From contig OY969695.1 of assembly GCA_963701965.1 (NCBI GenBank), positions 4,960,001 to 5,024,000 on the forward strand: a stretch of 64,000 nucleotides of DNA. The letters are read 5' to 3'. Origin of the DNA: an uncultured Gemmatimonadales bacterium (GTDB taxonomy: Bacteria > Gemmatimonadota > Gemmatimonadetes > Gemmatimonadales > Gemmatimonadaceae). The notes under the pieces were generated by a model. That model saw nothing but the letters and a program-made list of their open reading frames with translations. It had not been told where the DNA came from and did no database searches. A program made the position numbers and the translations under genes. This document shows positions 20,828 through 31,232 of this stretch, in pieces; positions within the stretch are counted from its first letter, which is position 1; every line of letters starts with the position of its first letter.

Positions 20828-22019
20828 GGAGCTGCTGCGCCGCTATCTCGAGCAGCGGCGCGACATGGGGGAGAGCGAGCTGGTGCTCGACGGCATGGCC
20901 GTCGACGAGGTCATGCGCCTCGTTGGTGCCGAACCGACCGGCGCACGCGCTTCGCGCGGCGCCCCCGCGCCGGCTACGCCGGCAGCCCCCAGCCCGGCGG
21001 CTACTGGCCGTGAGGCAGCAACGGGCCGTGAGGCAGCAACGGGCCGTGAGGCAGCGACGGGGCAAGACGCGACGACGGACCGCGAAGCGGCATCGGCTCG
21101 CGAAACGGCAGGAGGCCGCGAGACGGGGGCCGCCGGCGAAATGCCGCCGCGCCGCGAAGCGGGCGCGGAGCGTGAACCTGTGACGGCGCAGGAGGCAGCG
21201 TCTAGCCCGAAAGCAGCGGGAGACCGCGACGCCGCGCGAGCGGCGCGCCAAGCGGGCACGCGGGATGCCGGGGGGCATGCGGAGGGAGCACGTGCGGGCG
21301 ACCGCGCGGCCGACGGTGGCGGGTCGCGCGAAGCGCGCCCGCCGTTCAGCGCGGAGCGCCCGGCGGACGTGCCAAAGTCAGTCGAACCCGTCCCGGGCCC
21401 GTCGATCGTCATCGGCCGCGCCGGCTCCGAGCTCTTCGCGGGCCCACTCGGCGCGCTCGACTCGCTCGACGCGATCGCCGCCCACGCCGCGGCCTGCACG
21501 CGCTGTTCGCTGTCCCAGACCGCGACCAACTGTGTGCCGGGCGAGGGCAGCGCCACGGCGAAACTGATGTGCGTCGGCGAGGCCCCAGGCGAGCAGGAGG
21601 ACTTGACCGGCCGCCCCTTCGTCGGCAGAGCCGGACAGTTGCTCACCAAGATCCTGGCCGCGATCAACTTGGCGCGCGAGGACGTCTTCATCTGCAACGT
21701 CCTGAAGCACCGCCCCCCCGGCAACCGCAACCCACTCCCTACCGAGGTCGCGGCCTGCAGCCCGTATCTGATCCGTCAGATCGAGCTCATTCGCCCCAGG
21801 GTGATCGTCGCATTCGGTACTTTTGCCGCCCAAACGCTCCTGGAAACGAAGCTCCCGATCGGCCGGTTGCGCGGAACGGTCCACCGGTACTACGGTGTGC
21901 CCCTGATCGTCACGTACCATCCTGCCGCGCTCCTGCGCAACCCCAATTGGAAGCGCCCTACCTGGGACGACGTTCAACATGCCCGCCGCCTCCTCGACCG
22001 CACCGGTGACGGGACGTGA
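20817..22019 (+). CDS. udg: family 4 (Fe-S) uracil-DNA glycosylase with N-terminal extension and low-complexity linker
   Basis: GTG 20817; CTRC, VGEAPG, PFVG, NVLKHRPPGNR, YHPAALLR. Confidence 0.92.
   Translation: MDAKELLRRYLEQRRDMGESELVLDGMAVDEVMRLVGAEPTGARASRGAPAPATPAAPSPAATGREAATGREAATGREAATGQDATTDREAASARETAGGRETGAAGEMPPRREAGAEREPVTAQEAASSPKAAGDRDAARAARQAGTRDAGGHAEGARAGDRAADGGGSREARPPFSAERPADVPKSVEPVPGPSIVIGRAGSELFAGPLGALDSLDAIAAHAAACTRCSLSQTATNCVPGEGSATAKLMCVGEAPGEQEDLTGRPFVGRAGQLLTKILAAINLAREDVFICNVLKHRPPGNRNPLPTEVAACSPYLIRQIELIRPRVIVAFGTFAAQTLLETKLPIGRLRGTVHRYYGVPLIVTYHPAALLRNPNWKRPTWDDVQHARRLLDRTGDGT
21006..21059 (+). repeat. 18-bp tandem repeat (3 near-perfect copies plus degenerate ones), coding AATGRE
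   Basis: ggccgtgaggcagcaacg x2, then ggccgtgaggcagcgacg. Confidence 0.9.
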
Positions 22020-23385
22020 CCCGTTCGCCGACCGGCAACCCCCTTACTCCGAGGATGCGGAGCAGGCGGTGCTGGCGGCGATGATGATCGACACGGACGC
22101 CGTAATGCGCGCGTCCGAGGTCCTGACCGACGCGATGTTCCACCGGCCGGCGCACCGGCGGCTGTTCCGCGCCATGATCGCCATCGCCGAGCGCGGCGCC
22201 GTGATCGACCCGCTCACGCTCTCGGATGAATTGGAGCGCCGCGGCGAGCTCGACGGAGCGGGCGGCAAGGACTACATCTCCCGGCTCGTCGACGCCGTGC
22301 CCACCGCGGCCAACGTCGAGTACCACGCCCGGATCGTACGGGAGAAGGCGCAACTGCGCCGCCTGATCGAGGTCTCGACCTCGATCGTTCAGGAAGCATT
22401 CGAGGCCCGTCTCTCCGCCGGCGAACTACTCGACGACGCCGAGCACAAGATCCTGCAATTGAGTCAGGATCGGGGGAGCGTCGGGTTCACCCGGGTCAAA
22501 GAGCTCTTGTGGCCCGCGATCGAGCGAATCGAAGACCAGCAGAAACGCGGCGGCGCCCTCACCGGCGTGCCCTCTGGTTTCCACGACCTCGATGATATGA
22601 CGGCCGGCTTCCAGCCATCCGACCTCATCATCGTGGCCGCCCGCCCGGCGATGGGCAAGACATCGCTGGTGCTCAACATCGCCCAACACGTCGGCATCGA
22701 GAAGAACATTCCGGTCGCGTTCTTCTCTCTGGAAATGAGCAAGGACTCGCTCGTGCAGCGCCTCTTGACCAGCGAGGCGCGCATCGACGCCCAGCTCGTC
22801 CGCAAGGCGATGCTCAAGGACGAGCACTTCTCGCGTCTCGCCCGCGCGGCCGGCGTCATCAGCCCGGCCCCGATCTACATCAATGACTCCGCGTCCCTCA
22901 CGCTGCTGGAGATGCGGTCGCGGGCGCGCCGGCTCAAAGTCGATAGCGGCATCGGCCTGATCGTCGTCGACTACCTCCAGCTGATCAACGGCCCATCGGC
23001 CGAAAACCGCCAGCAGGAGATCAGCCAGATCTCGCGCTCGCTCAAAGCTTTGGCGAAAGAGTTGAACGTGCCCGTCCTCGCCTTGTCGCAGCTCTCGCGC
23101 GCGCCCGAGCAACGCGGCGCCGACTCCAAGCGCCCCCAGTTGTCCGACCTCCGCGAGTCCGGCGCGATCGAGCAGGATGCCGACCTGGTGCTCTTCATCT
23201 ATCGCCCCGAAGTCTACGGCGAGACGAAGGACAAGGATGGGAACTCGCTCGAGGGCACGGCCGAGATCATCATCGGCAAGCAGCGCAACGGCCCGATCGG
23301 CACGGTGAACCTCTATTTCCGAAAGAGCTATACCCGGTTCGAGAGCATGTCGAGCCGGCCGGCGTCGTCGTCCGGCGTGTTGTGA
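21979..23385 (+). CDS. dnaB: replicative DNA helicase
   Basis: AEQAVL, AARPAMGKT, FFSLEM, VVDYLQL, LSQLSR, DLRESGAIEQDAD, KQRNGP; no intein. Confidence 0.98.
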   Translation: MPAASSTAPVTGRDPFADRQPPYSEDAEQAVLAAMMIDTDAVMRASEVLTDAMFHRPAHRRLFRAMIAIAERGAVIDPLTLSDELERRGELDGAGGKDYISRLVDAVPTAANVEYHARIVREKAQLRRLIEVSTSIVQEAFEARLSAGELLDDAEHKILQLSQDRGSVGFTRVKELLWPAIERIEDQQKRGGALTGVPSGFHDLDDMTAGFQPSDLIIVAARPAMGKTSLVLNIAQHVGIEKNIPVAFFSLEMSKDSLVQRLLTSEARIDAQLVRKAMLKDEHFSRLARAAGVISPAPIYINDSASLTLLEMRSRARRLKVDSGIGLIVVDYLQLINGPSAENRQQEISQISRSLKALAKELNVPVLALSQLSRAPEQRGADSKRPQLSDLRESGAIEQDADLVLFIYRPEVYGETKDKDGNSLEGTAEIIIGKQRNGPIGTVNLYFRKSYTRFESMSSRPASSSGVL

Positions 23386-24743
23386 CCAAGCTCAAAACGG
23401 CCTTCCGCTGCAGCGAGTGCGGTGCCGAGCACGCCAAGTGGGGCGGCAAGTGCGAAGTCTGCGGCGAGTGGAACACGATCGTCGAGGAGCCGGCGGCCGC
23501 TCGCGCCCCGGCGCGGCGATCCACCCCCGGCACCGCCCGTCCCGCGGCGCGACTTCGCGACGTTTCGGCGGCCGACACGGCGCGGTGGCGCACGGGGCTC
23601 GACGAGTTCGACTTCGTGCTGGGCGGCGGCATCGTGCCGGGATCGATGGTGCTGGTCGGTGGAGAACCCGGCATCGGCAAGTCGACGCTGCTCCTCCAGA
23701 TGGCGGCGCGCCTCGAGGAGCGCGGGCGGCCCGCGTTGTACGTCTCTGGTGAAGAGTCCCCGGCCCAGGTCCGATTGCGCGCCGATCGCCTGGGCGCATC
23801 CGCTGGCGACGTGCGCCTGGTCAGCGAGACGAACCTGGAAAACGTGCTGGCCACCGCGTCGGCCGCCGACCGCGGAGGCGTGCTCGTCGTCGACTCGATC
23901 CAGACGGTCTACACGTCGGACCTGGAAGGAGCGCCTGGAAACGTCGGCCAGGTCCGCGAGTGCGCGGCGCGCCTCATGCGGTTCGCGAAGGACAGCGGGA
24001 CCGCCGTCGTCGTCGTCGGACACGTGACCAAGGGCGGCGGCATCGCCGGCCCCAAGACCCTCGAGCACATCGTCGACACCGTCCTGTATTTCGAGGGCGA
24101 GAGCACGCTCGATCACCGCCTGCTGCGCGCCACCAAAAACCGGTTTGGGGGCGTCGACGAGATCGGCGTCTTTCGGATGACCGAGACCGGCTTGGCCGGC
24201 GTCGCCAATCCCTCGGAGCTCTTTCTCGGTGACCGCCTGGCCAGCGCGTCCGGCACGGCGATCACCGCGCTCATCGAGGGCACGCGCCCCGTGCTCGTGG
24301 AGATCCAAGCCCTCGCGGCGAAAGCCGGCTTTGGGACACCGCAGCGGGTCAGCACGGGACTCGATGGCCGCCGTCTCGCGCTGCTGCTCGCCGTGCTCGA
24401 TAAGCGCGCCGGATTGTCATTCGCCGCGCTCGATGTGTTCGTGAACGTCGTGGGCGGGATGCGTCTTATCGAGCCCGCGGGCGACTTGGCCGTCACGGCC
24501 GCGTTGGCGTCCAGCGTCTATGATCGTGCGTTGCCGCCGGACGCCGTGTTCATCGGCGAGGTCGGGCTGGGTGGTGAAGTGCGACCCGTGTCGCAGATGG
24601 AGCGCCGGCTGGCGGAAGCGGCGAAAATGGGCTGTGCGCGGGCATTCGTGGCCGAGCGCGCGGTTCCCGCGCGGCCGGTGGTGGGGATGCAGGCGGTGGG
24701 CGTGCCGACGCTCGCCGCGCTCTGCGAACGTCTCTTCGCGTGA
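23382..24743 (+). CDS. radA: DNA repair protein RadA/Sms
   Basis: C4 zinc finger, GGEPGIGKST, KNRFG, GEVGLGGEVRPV. Confidence 0.98.
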   Translation: MTKLKTAFRCSECGAEHAKWGGKCEVCGEWNTIVEEPAAARAPARRSTPGTARPAARLRDVSAADTARWRTGLDEFDFVLGGGIVPGSMVLVGGEPGIGKSTLLLQMAARLEERGRPALYVSGEESPAQVRLRADRLGASAGDVRLVSETNLENVLATASAADRGGVLVVDSIQTVYTSDLEGAPGNVGQVRECAARLMRFAKDSGTAVVVVGHVTKGGGIAGPKTLEHIVDTVLYFEGESTLDHRLLRATKNRFGGVDEIGVFRMTETGLAGVANPSELFLGDRLASASGTAITALIEGTRPVLVEIQALAAKAGFGTPQRVSTGLDGRRLALLLAVLDKRAGLSFAALDVFVNVVGGMRLIEPAGDLAVTAALASSVYDRALPPDAVFIGEVGLGGEVRPVSQMERRLAEAAKMGCARAFVAERAVPARPVVGMQAVGVPTLAALCERLFA

Positions 24744-25429
24744 GCGCCGACGTTGGCGTCATCGTTGTCGCCGCCGGTTCCGGCTCGCGCGTCGGCAGCG
24801 GCGAGTTGAAGCAGTTTCGCTGGGTCGCCGGCAAGCCCATGCTGTTGCACAGCGTGCACTTGTTCCAGGCGCGGGCGGACGTGGGGATGGTCGTGTGCGT
24901 ATTGCCACGGTCGGCCGTCGGCGATCCGCCGCCCTGGATCTTTCAATCCGACACCGACCGGCTGCTCCTGTCCGTCGGCGGGAAGGAAAGACAGGACTCG
25001 GTGGCGAACGGCTTGGAGGATCTGGCAAGCGAGCTCGACATCGTGGTGATTCACGACGCAGCCCGGCCGCTGGTGACCGATGCCGTCGTGGGCCGGGTGA
25101 TCGACGAGGCGCGGGCCGGACGCTGTGCGATCGCGGCGCTGCCCGTCGTCGACACGCTCAAGGAGGTCGATGCCGGCGGCGTGATCGCGCGCACCGTCTC
25201 CCGCGATCGGCTGTGGCGCGCCCAGACCCCGCAGGCCTTCCCGCGCGCGGTCCTGGTGCGCGCGCACGCCGAGGCGCGCGCGCGGGGTGTGCGGGCCACG
25301 GATGACGCGGCGCTTTGCGAGGCACTGGGGATTCCCGTCGTGGTGGTGCGCGGCACGGAGCGGGCGATGAAGATCACCGAAGAGAGCGACTTCGCCCGCG
25401 CCGACGCCATCGGCATGCTCCAGGAGTAG
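24740..25429 (+). CDS. ispD: 2-C-methyl-D-erythritol 4-phosphate cytidylyltransferase
   Basis: AAGSGSR..KQF, RQDSV, IHDAARP, AQTPQAF, TDD, KIT. Confidence 0.95.
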   Translation: MSADVGVIVVAAGSGSRVGSGELKQFRWVAGKPMLLHSVHLFQARADVGMVVCVLPRSAVGDPPPWIFQSDTDRLLLSVGGKERQDSVANGLEDLASELDIVVIHDAARPLVTDAVVGRVIDEARAGRCAIAALPVVDTLKEVDAGGVIARTVSRDRLWRAQTPQAFPRAVLVRAHAEARARGVRATDDAALCEALGIPVVVVRGTERAMKITEESDFARADAIGMLQE

Positions 25430-25434
25430 GCGAG

Positions 25435-26100
25435 GTGGAACCGCGCGCCGTTCCGTTCTGGTCCCCCGCCGAGATCGAGATCGCCATCAGTGGGACGATC
25501 GCGCACCTGCGTGCCGGCGGTGTGCTGGCCTATCCGACGGAGACCGTGTACGGGTTCGGGGGGCAGGCCGACCAGATCGGCGTCGACGCGCTGGCGACAT
25601 TCAAGGGTCGCGCCCCCGGCAAACCGTTCTTGCTTCTCATTAGTGGCAGCGCCATGCTGGCCCGCATCGGGCTGCATCTCCCCGCGAACGCCGCGGCGCT
25701 GGCCGCCCGGCACTGGCCCGGTCCGCTCACGCTCGTGTTGCCGGGTGGAGAGCGCCGCGTGCCGGATCGATTGCGCGGGCCGGAAGGCGGCGTCGCGGTG
25801 CGTTGGACCCCGCACCCGGGTCTCACGCGCCTCATCGCCGCGTATGGCGAGCCGATCACCTCGACGAGCGCCAACCGGCCGGGGGTACCGCCCGCCTCGT
25901 CCGCCGGAGAGATTGTTAAGGAGTGGAGCGATACGATGGCGCGCGGCGTGCTCCGCGTGTTGGACGGCGGTATCCTGCGCGCTTCGGCGCCGTCGACCGT
26001 GGTCGACTGCACGGGGCGGCATCCCCGGGTGATTCGCCCGGGCGCGATTCCGGCGGCCGCCTTGCGGGAGAGCGTGCCCGATCTGATCGGTGATGCCTAG
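25435..26100 (+). CDS. tsaC: threonylcarbamoyl-AMP synthase (Sua5/YrdC)
   Basis: YPTETVYG, KGR, WPGPLTLV, STSAN, PSTVVD, RPGAI. Confidence 0.93.
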   Translation: MEPRAVPFWSPAEIEIAISGTIAHLRAGGVLAYPTETVYGFGGQADQIGVDALATFKGRAPGKPFLLLISGSAMLARIGLHLPANAAALAARHWPGPLTLVLPGGERRVPDRLRGPEGGVAVRWTPHPGLTRLIAAYGEPITSTSANRPGVPPASSAGEIVKEWSDTMARGVLRVLDGGILRASAPSTVVDCTGRHPRVIRPGAIPAAALRESVPDLIGDA

Positions 26101-26113
26101 GGCCTAAGGGAAC

Positions 26114-26575
26114 ATGAAGATCCTGTTCGTGTGCACCGGAAATACGTGTCGGAGTCCGCTGGCGGCGGCGATCGCGCGCCGGGTGGCGCGCGATCGGGGA
26201 ATCATCGCTGACACCATCGAGAGCGCGGGCACGAGCGCCTGGGATGGGCAGCCCGCATCGGATGGCGCGCTCCTCGTCGGGATCGAACGGGAGCTCGATC
26301 TGAGCGGCCATCGGTCGCGCACACTGACGCCGGCGTTGGTCGAGGCCCAGGACATCATCCTCACCATGGGTCCGCACCACCGCGAGCACGTCGAAGCAAT
26401 GGGGGGAGCGGGGAAGACGTTTCTGCTCTCGCAGTATGCCTCGCACGGCGCCAACGTGAATCCCATCAGCGATCCGTTCGGCGGCGAGCTCACGACCTAT
26501 CGCGCGACCGCTGAGGAGTTGGAGCAGGCCGTCCGGAAAGTTGTCGACCGGTTGGCCGCGGAGCGCGCGCGCTGA
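26114..26575 (+). CDS. low-molecular-weight protein phosphatase (YwlE/PtpA type)
   Basis: CTGNTCRS P-loop, SAG, DPFGG. Confidence 0.92.
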   Translation: MKILFVCTGNTCRSPLAAAIARRVARDRGIIADTIESAGTSAWDGQPASDGALLVGIERELDLSGHRSRTLTPALVEAQDIILTMGPHHREHVEAMGGAGKTFLLSQYASHGANVNPISDPFGGELTTYRATAEELEQAVRKVVDRLAAERAR

Positions 26576-27387
26576 TCTCCGCGCCGCGGCGATTGGTGCT
26601 GTTGGGCCATCCGGTGGCCCACTCGCTGTCGCCACTCTTTCAATCGGCGGCGCTGCGCGCCGCCGGGCTCGACGTGACGTACGAGGCCGTCAATGTGCCG
26701 CCCGACCGGCTGGCGGAAGCGCTCGCCGGTCTCGTCGCCGAGCGGGCCGGCGGTAACGTCACGGTACCGCACAAGGAAGCCGTGGCGCGTGTATGCCAGC
26801 GCCTGACGCCATTGGCCGAGCGGATCGGCGCCGTGAATGTGTTCTGGGTCGAGGACGGCGCGCTGTGGGGCGACAACACGGACGCGGGCGGGTTTGCCGC
26901 GGCCGTCGCTTCCTTGGGCTGCGCGACCCCTGGCTCAGGCGACCGCGTCGCGGTCCTGGGCGCCGGCGGTGCCGCCGCCGCGGTGCTCGCGGCCGTCGGC
27001 CAGTGGCCCGGCGCACTCGCCAGCGTCTACAACCGCACGCCGGCCCGCGCGCTTGCCCTCTGCGCGCGCGCCGGTGCGCACGCGCGCGCGGTCGTGTCCG
27101 TCGACGATGCCCTAGCCGGCGCGCGCTTGGTCGTCAACGCCACGACGGTTGGATTACGCGATGACGCCCAACCAGTAGACGTCGCGCGTTTGCCCGCCGG
27201 CGCCAATGTCATCGATCTGGTATATCGCCCGGGCGGCACCGCATGGGTGCGCGCCGCGCGGGCACGCGGGCATCGGGCCATCGACGGTCTGCCGATGCTC
27301 ATCGAACAGGGCGCGCTGGCCTTCGAGCGCTGGTTCGGCGTGCCCCCGGATCGCGACGCAATGTGGCGCGCCGTCGCCGCGCGCTGA
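26572..27387 (+). CDS. aroE: shikimate dehydrogenase
   Basis: GHPVAHSLSP, NVTVPHK, GAVN, NTD, GAGGAA, DLVY, GLPMLIEQG. Start CTG 26572 or TTG 26593. Confidence 0.95.
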   Translation: MISAPRRLVLLGHPVAHSLSPLFQSAALRAAGLDVTYEAVNVPPDRLAEALAGLVAERAGGNVTVPHKEAVARVCQRLTPLAERIGAVNVFWVEDGALWGDNTDAGGFAAAVASLGCATPGSGDRVAVLGAGGAAAAVLAAVGQWPGALASVYNRTPARALALCARAGAHARAVVSVDDALAGARLVVNATTVGLRDDAQPVDVARLPAGANVIDLVYRPGGTAWVRAARARGHRAIDGLPMLIEQGALAFERWFGVPPDRDAMWRAVAAR

Positions 27388-27569
27388 TAAAAGGCGCCCC
27401 GCGGCATAAGCTCAGCCGTGCCCCGTGGGATGCGAGGGCGGTGTTACGGGGGCGTGGAGATCTGCGCGCGACCAAGGCATTTTTCGCCGCGCGGGTTGCC
27501 GGATTCCGGACCCCCAGTAGCAAACGCGATACATTACACGGCGTCCCACCCCTAAGGAGCGTCACACGC

Positions 27570-28583
27570 ATGACCATCCGAGTCGGCATAAACGGCTTCG
27601 GCCGGATCGGCCGGCAGGTCCTTCGCGCGGCGAAACAGCAAGGCGTCGCTGACCTGCAGTTCGTGGCCGTCAACGACCTGACCGATACGAACACTCTCGC
27701 CCATCTCTTCAAGTACGACTCCGTGCATCGCACCTACCAGGGTGTGGTGGAAGCGGAGCCCAATGCCGTCTGCATCGACGGCGATCGTATTCGCATTTTG
27801 TCGGAGAAGGACCCCGGCCGCTTGCCGTGGCGGGAGTTGAACGTCGACGTGGTCCTCGAATCGACGGGCCGTTTCACGAATGCATCCGATGCCCGCAAGC
27901 ACATCAATGCCGGCGCCCGCAAGGTGATCATCTCGGCGCCGGCGAAAGGCGAGGATCTCACGGTGGTGATGGGCGTGAACCACCAAGGCTACGACGGCGC
28001 GAAGCACCGCATCGTGTCCAACGCCTCGTGCACGACCAACTGTCTCGTGCCGATGGTGAAAGTCGTGCGTGACGCTTTTGGGTTTCGGCACGGCCACATG
28101 GTCACGATCCACAGCTACACCAATGATCAGGTGATGCTCGACTTTCCGCATAAGGATCTGCGCCGCGCCCGCGCCGGCGCGCTCTCAATGATCCCGACCA
28201 CGACCGGCGCCGCCAAGGCGACGGGACTGGTGATTCCCGAAGTCAAAGGCAAAATCGACGGCATCTCGATTCGCGTGCCGACGCCGGATGTCTCACTCGT
28301 GGAGCTGACGGCCGAGGTCGAAAAACCCACCACGATCGAGGCCGTGAACGCCGCGTTCCGTGCCGCGTCGGAGGCCGGGCCGCTGGAGGGGTTTCTCGCC
28401 TATTCCGACGTCGAGCTGGTGTCCAGCGACTATATCGGCGACCCGCACTCGTGCACGCTCGATGCCAAGAGCACGAACGTCGTCGACGGCACGCTGGTCA
28501 AGCTGTCGGGGTGGTACGACAACGAGTGGGGATACGCGTCGCGCTGCGTCGATCTCCTGCGCTTCATCGGCGCGCGCTTGTGA
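27570..28583 (+). CDS. gap: glyceraldehyde-3-phosphate dehydrogenase, type I
   Basis: GINGFGRIG, ASCTTNCL, RVPT, WYDNEWGY; RBS TAAGGAG. Confidence 0.98.
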   Translation: MTIRVGINGFGRIGRQVLRAAKQQGVADLQFVAVNDLTDTNTLAHLFKYDSVHRTYQGVVEAEPNAVCIDGDRIRILSEKDPGRLPWRELNVDVVLESTGRFTNASDARKHINAGARKVIISAPAKGEDLTVVMGVNHQGYDGAKHRIVSNASCTTNCLVPMVKVVRDAFGFRHGHMVTIHSYTNDQVMLDFPHKDLRRARAGALSMIPTTTGAAKATGLVIPEVKGKIDGISIRVPTPDVSLVELTAEVEKPTTIEAVNAAFRAASEAGPLEGFLAYSDVELVSSDYIGDPHSCTLDAKSTNVVDGTLVKLSGWYDNEWGYASRCVDLLRFIGARL

Positions 28584-28849
28584 GTGAGACGCGTGGGGCG
28601 CCGACCCGGGCCAATCGCTTCCTCGATCTCATCGCCACCGCCCTCGTCGCCGCCGGCGTCATCGCCTACGGCTACGGCCTCGTCGGCATGAATCAGCTGG
28701 CCCACCACGGGATCGCGCATCCGACCGGCAACCTGCAGTCGAACGAGTGGATCATCCACTACCGGGCCGCGTATATCGGGCTGCGCGTCGCGATCACGGG
28801 CATCGTCGTCGCGATCCTGTCGTTCGCCATTCATGCGCGGCGCCGCTGA
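28580..28849 (+). CDS. small hypothetical membrane protein (89 aa, 2 TM)
   Basis: GTG overlaps the gap stop and its TGA overlaps the pgk ATG; two hydrophobic helices. Confidence 0.7.
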   Translation: MSETRGAPTRANRFLDLIATALVAAGVIAYGYGLVGMNQLAHHGIAHPTGNLQSNEWIIHYRAAYIGLRVAITGIVVAILSFAIHARRR

Positions 28850-30031
28850 TGGCCAAAGCCAGCCTCCGGTCCTTGACCGACGCCCAGCTCCGCGGCAAGC
28901 GCGCGCTGGTGCGCGTGGACTTCAACGTCCCGCTCGACGCCCGCCGGCACATCACCGACGATACCCGCATGCGGGCCGCCGTCCCGACGATCGAGTACCT
29001 GTTGTCGCGCGGGGCGCGCGTCGTACTGCTGTCGCACTTCGGCCGCCCCAAGGGGAAACCCGAGCCCCAGTTCTCGTTGGCGCCGGTCGCCCGTCACCTC
29101 AATGACCTGTTGCCCCAGAAAGTCGCGTTCTCCGACAGCCTGGATCTCGCCGCGCTCGCGCGGTCGACCGCGCCGCTCGTCCTGGTCGAGAATACGCGCT
29201 TCTTTCCGGGCGAAGAGAAAAACGACGACGCGCTGGCCCGCCAGTTCGCCCAGCTCGGCGATCTGTTTGTGAACAATGCGTTCGGCGCGGCCCACCGCGC
29301 CCACGCGTCGACCGAAGGCGTGGCGCACCATCTCCACCCGGCCGTCGCCGGGCTGCTCATGGAGCGCGAGCTGGACTATCTGGGTCGCGCCCTCGACCGG
29401 CCCGACCGTCCCTTTGTCTCCATCCTCGGCGGCGCCAAGATCTCGGGGAAGATCGACGTGCTCGAGGCGCTCTTGCCGAAGGTCGACGGGATGTTGGTCG
29501 GCGGCGCCATGGCCTCCACGTTTTTTCGCGCCATGGGACTGGAGACCGGCACCTCGCTCGTCGAGCCGGACCGGGTGGAGATGGCCCAGACCCTGTTGGA
29601 ACGCTGGGGCCCGCGCCTCACATTGCCGCACGACGTGATGGTCGCGCCGTCGCTCGAATGCGCCGGCCACGGCCCACGTCGTGAAGCGGGACGCCATTCC
29701 CAAGAACGAAGCGGTCTACGACATCGGTCCCGCGTCAATGGCCTCGTTCAGCCGGGCGATTCTGTCGGCGCGCACCGTGTTGTGGAACGGCCCGATGGGC
29801 GTGTTCGAGAAATCCCCATTCGACGCCGGGACCAACGCCATCGCCGAAGCCATGGCCACGGCCACGGCGCACGGCGTGACGACGATCGTCGGCGGCGGGG
29901 ATTCGGCGGCGGCGGTGGCGCAAGCCGGTCTCGATACCCAAATGACCCACGTCTCGACCGGCGGCGGCGCTTCGCTCGAGTATCTCGAAGGCAAGGTGCT
30001 GCCCGGTGTGGCGGCGCTCGACGACGCGTGA
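28849..30031 (+). CDS. pgk: phosphoglycerate kinase; apparent 1-nt insertion at ~29657
   Basis: [27 protein letters not shown] in one frame; [22 protein letters not shown] in the next frame (ORF 29681..30031). Confidence 0.95.
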
Positions 30032-30783
30032 GCGCGCAGCGGATCCTGGCCGCCAACTGGAAGATGCACCTGGGCCCGCAAGCGGCCCTGGCGTATATGC
30101 AGGTATTTCTCGAGGCGTATCCGGCGCCGCTTCCGGGGCGCACGGTCGTCTTTGCACCGCCCGCCGCCTCGCTGTCGGCTGTCGCCAATGCCGTCCGCGG
30201 GCGCAGCGATCTCACAGTTGGAGCGCAGAACATTCACTGGGAGGAGAAAGGCGCGCTCACTGGTGAGATGTCGGGCCTGATCGCACGCGAGGCCGGCGCC
30301 GCGATCGCGCTCGTGGGACATTCGGAGCGCCGGAGGAAATTCGGGGAAACCGACGCCGACACGGCGCGCAAGTGCGCGGCGGCGGTCCGCGTTGGCCTCA
30401 CGCCAATGCTGTGCGTCGGCGAGACGGACGATGAGCGCCAGGTCGGGCGGACGTCGGACGTCGTCGCCCGACAACTGCGGGCCGGGTTGTCCGAGTTGTC
30501 GCCCGACGCCATCCGACACGCAATGGTCGCCTACGAGCCCGTCTGGGCCATTGGCACCGGGCGCAACGCGACGCCGGAAGACGCCGCGCTCGTCCACGCC
30601 TTCTTGCGCACGGTGCTCGCCGAGCTGGTCGGCGAACACGCCCTGGGGATCCCGATTTTATACGGCGGCAGCGTGTCGACGGCGAACTGTCGGACCTTGC
30701 TATCGGCAGATAACGTCGACGGACTCCTCGTGGGAGGGGCCAGCCTCGACCCGATCGGGTGGGCCGAGATCGCCCGCACTTGA
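30028..30783 (+). CDS. tpiA: triosephosphate isomerase
   Basis: [36 protein letters not shown]. Confidence 0.97.
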   Translation: MSAQRILAANWKMHLGPQAALAYMQVFLEAYPAPLPGRTVVFAPPAASLSAVANAVRGRSDLTVGAQNIHWEEKGALTGEMSGLIAREAGAAIALVGHSERRRKFGETDADTARKCAAAVRVGLTPMLCVGETDDERQVGRTSDVVARQLRAGLSELSPDAIRHAMVAYEPVWAIGTGRNATPEDAALVHAFLRTVLAELVGEHALGIPILYGGSVSTANCRTLLSADNVDGLLVGGASLDPIGWAEIART

Positions 30784-30809
30784 CGTCCGATCGCAAGTCA
30801 ATGCATTAT
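30780..30809 (+). promoter_or_regulatory. possible sigma70 promoter for secG
   Basis: TTGACG-N18-CATTAT in a locally AT-rich intergenic region. Confidence 0.4.
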
Positions 30810-30851
30810 TGGAAGTTAGCTTAAACCCAGGCCTCTTGATTCGGACGGCGT

Positions 30852-31232
30852 GTGTACACGGTACTCCTGGTCCTGCTCCTACTCGACAGTGCGGTGCTCG
30901 TCGCGGCGGTTCTGCTGCAGAGCGGAAAGGGCGGCGGCGTGGCCGCCAGCTTTGGCGGCGTCAGCTCGTCGACTGATGCGTTCATCGGCACGCGGCAAGC
31001 CGGCAACCTGCTGACCAAGATGAGTTGGTGGACCGGCGGGATCTTTCTCGGCCTGGCCTTCGTGCTCCAAGTGATGTCGACCCGCGGCCGCGCGCCCTCA
31101 TCGGTGTTGGACAAGACCTTCGCCCGTCCGCCCGCGTCGGCGCCCGCGCCGCAAAACGCGCCGTCGAGCGCGGTGCCGTTGCAGTCCGCTCCGCCCGCGG
31201 CCCCTGTGCCTGGGACGGTGCCGAAGAAGTGA
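30852..31232 (+). CDS. secG: preprotein translocase subunit SecG
   Basis: [15 protein letters not shown], two TM helices, follows tpiA. Confidence 0.95.
   Translation: MYTVLLVLLLLDSAVLVAAVLLQSGKGGGVAASFGGVSSSTDAFIGTRQAGNLLTKMSWWTGGIFLGLAFVLQVMSTRGRAPSSVLDKTFARPPASAPAPQNAPSSAVPLQSAPPAAPVPGTVPKK

Noticed and set aside
21006..21125. CRISPR-like array
   Set aside because: Repeats are contiguous, in-frame and spacer-less, with no cas genes.
27388..27569. Possible ncRNA in the aroE-gap spacer
   Set aside because: Only a weak GC stem and promoter-like hexamers; no recognisable RNA family.
28747..30783. Apparent PGK-TPI fusion (678 aa ORF), reminiscent of Thermotoga
   Set aside because: The fused frame loses the PGK C-terminal motifs, which lie intact in another frame. 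One extra A at ~29657 explains it, and tpiA has its own GTG.
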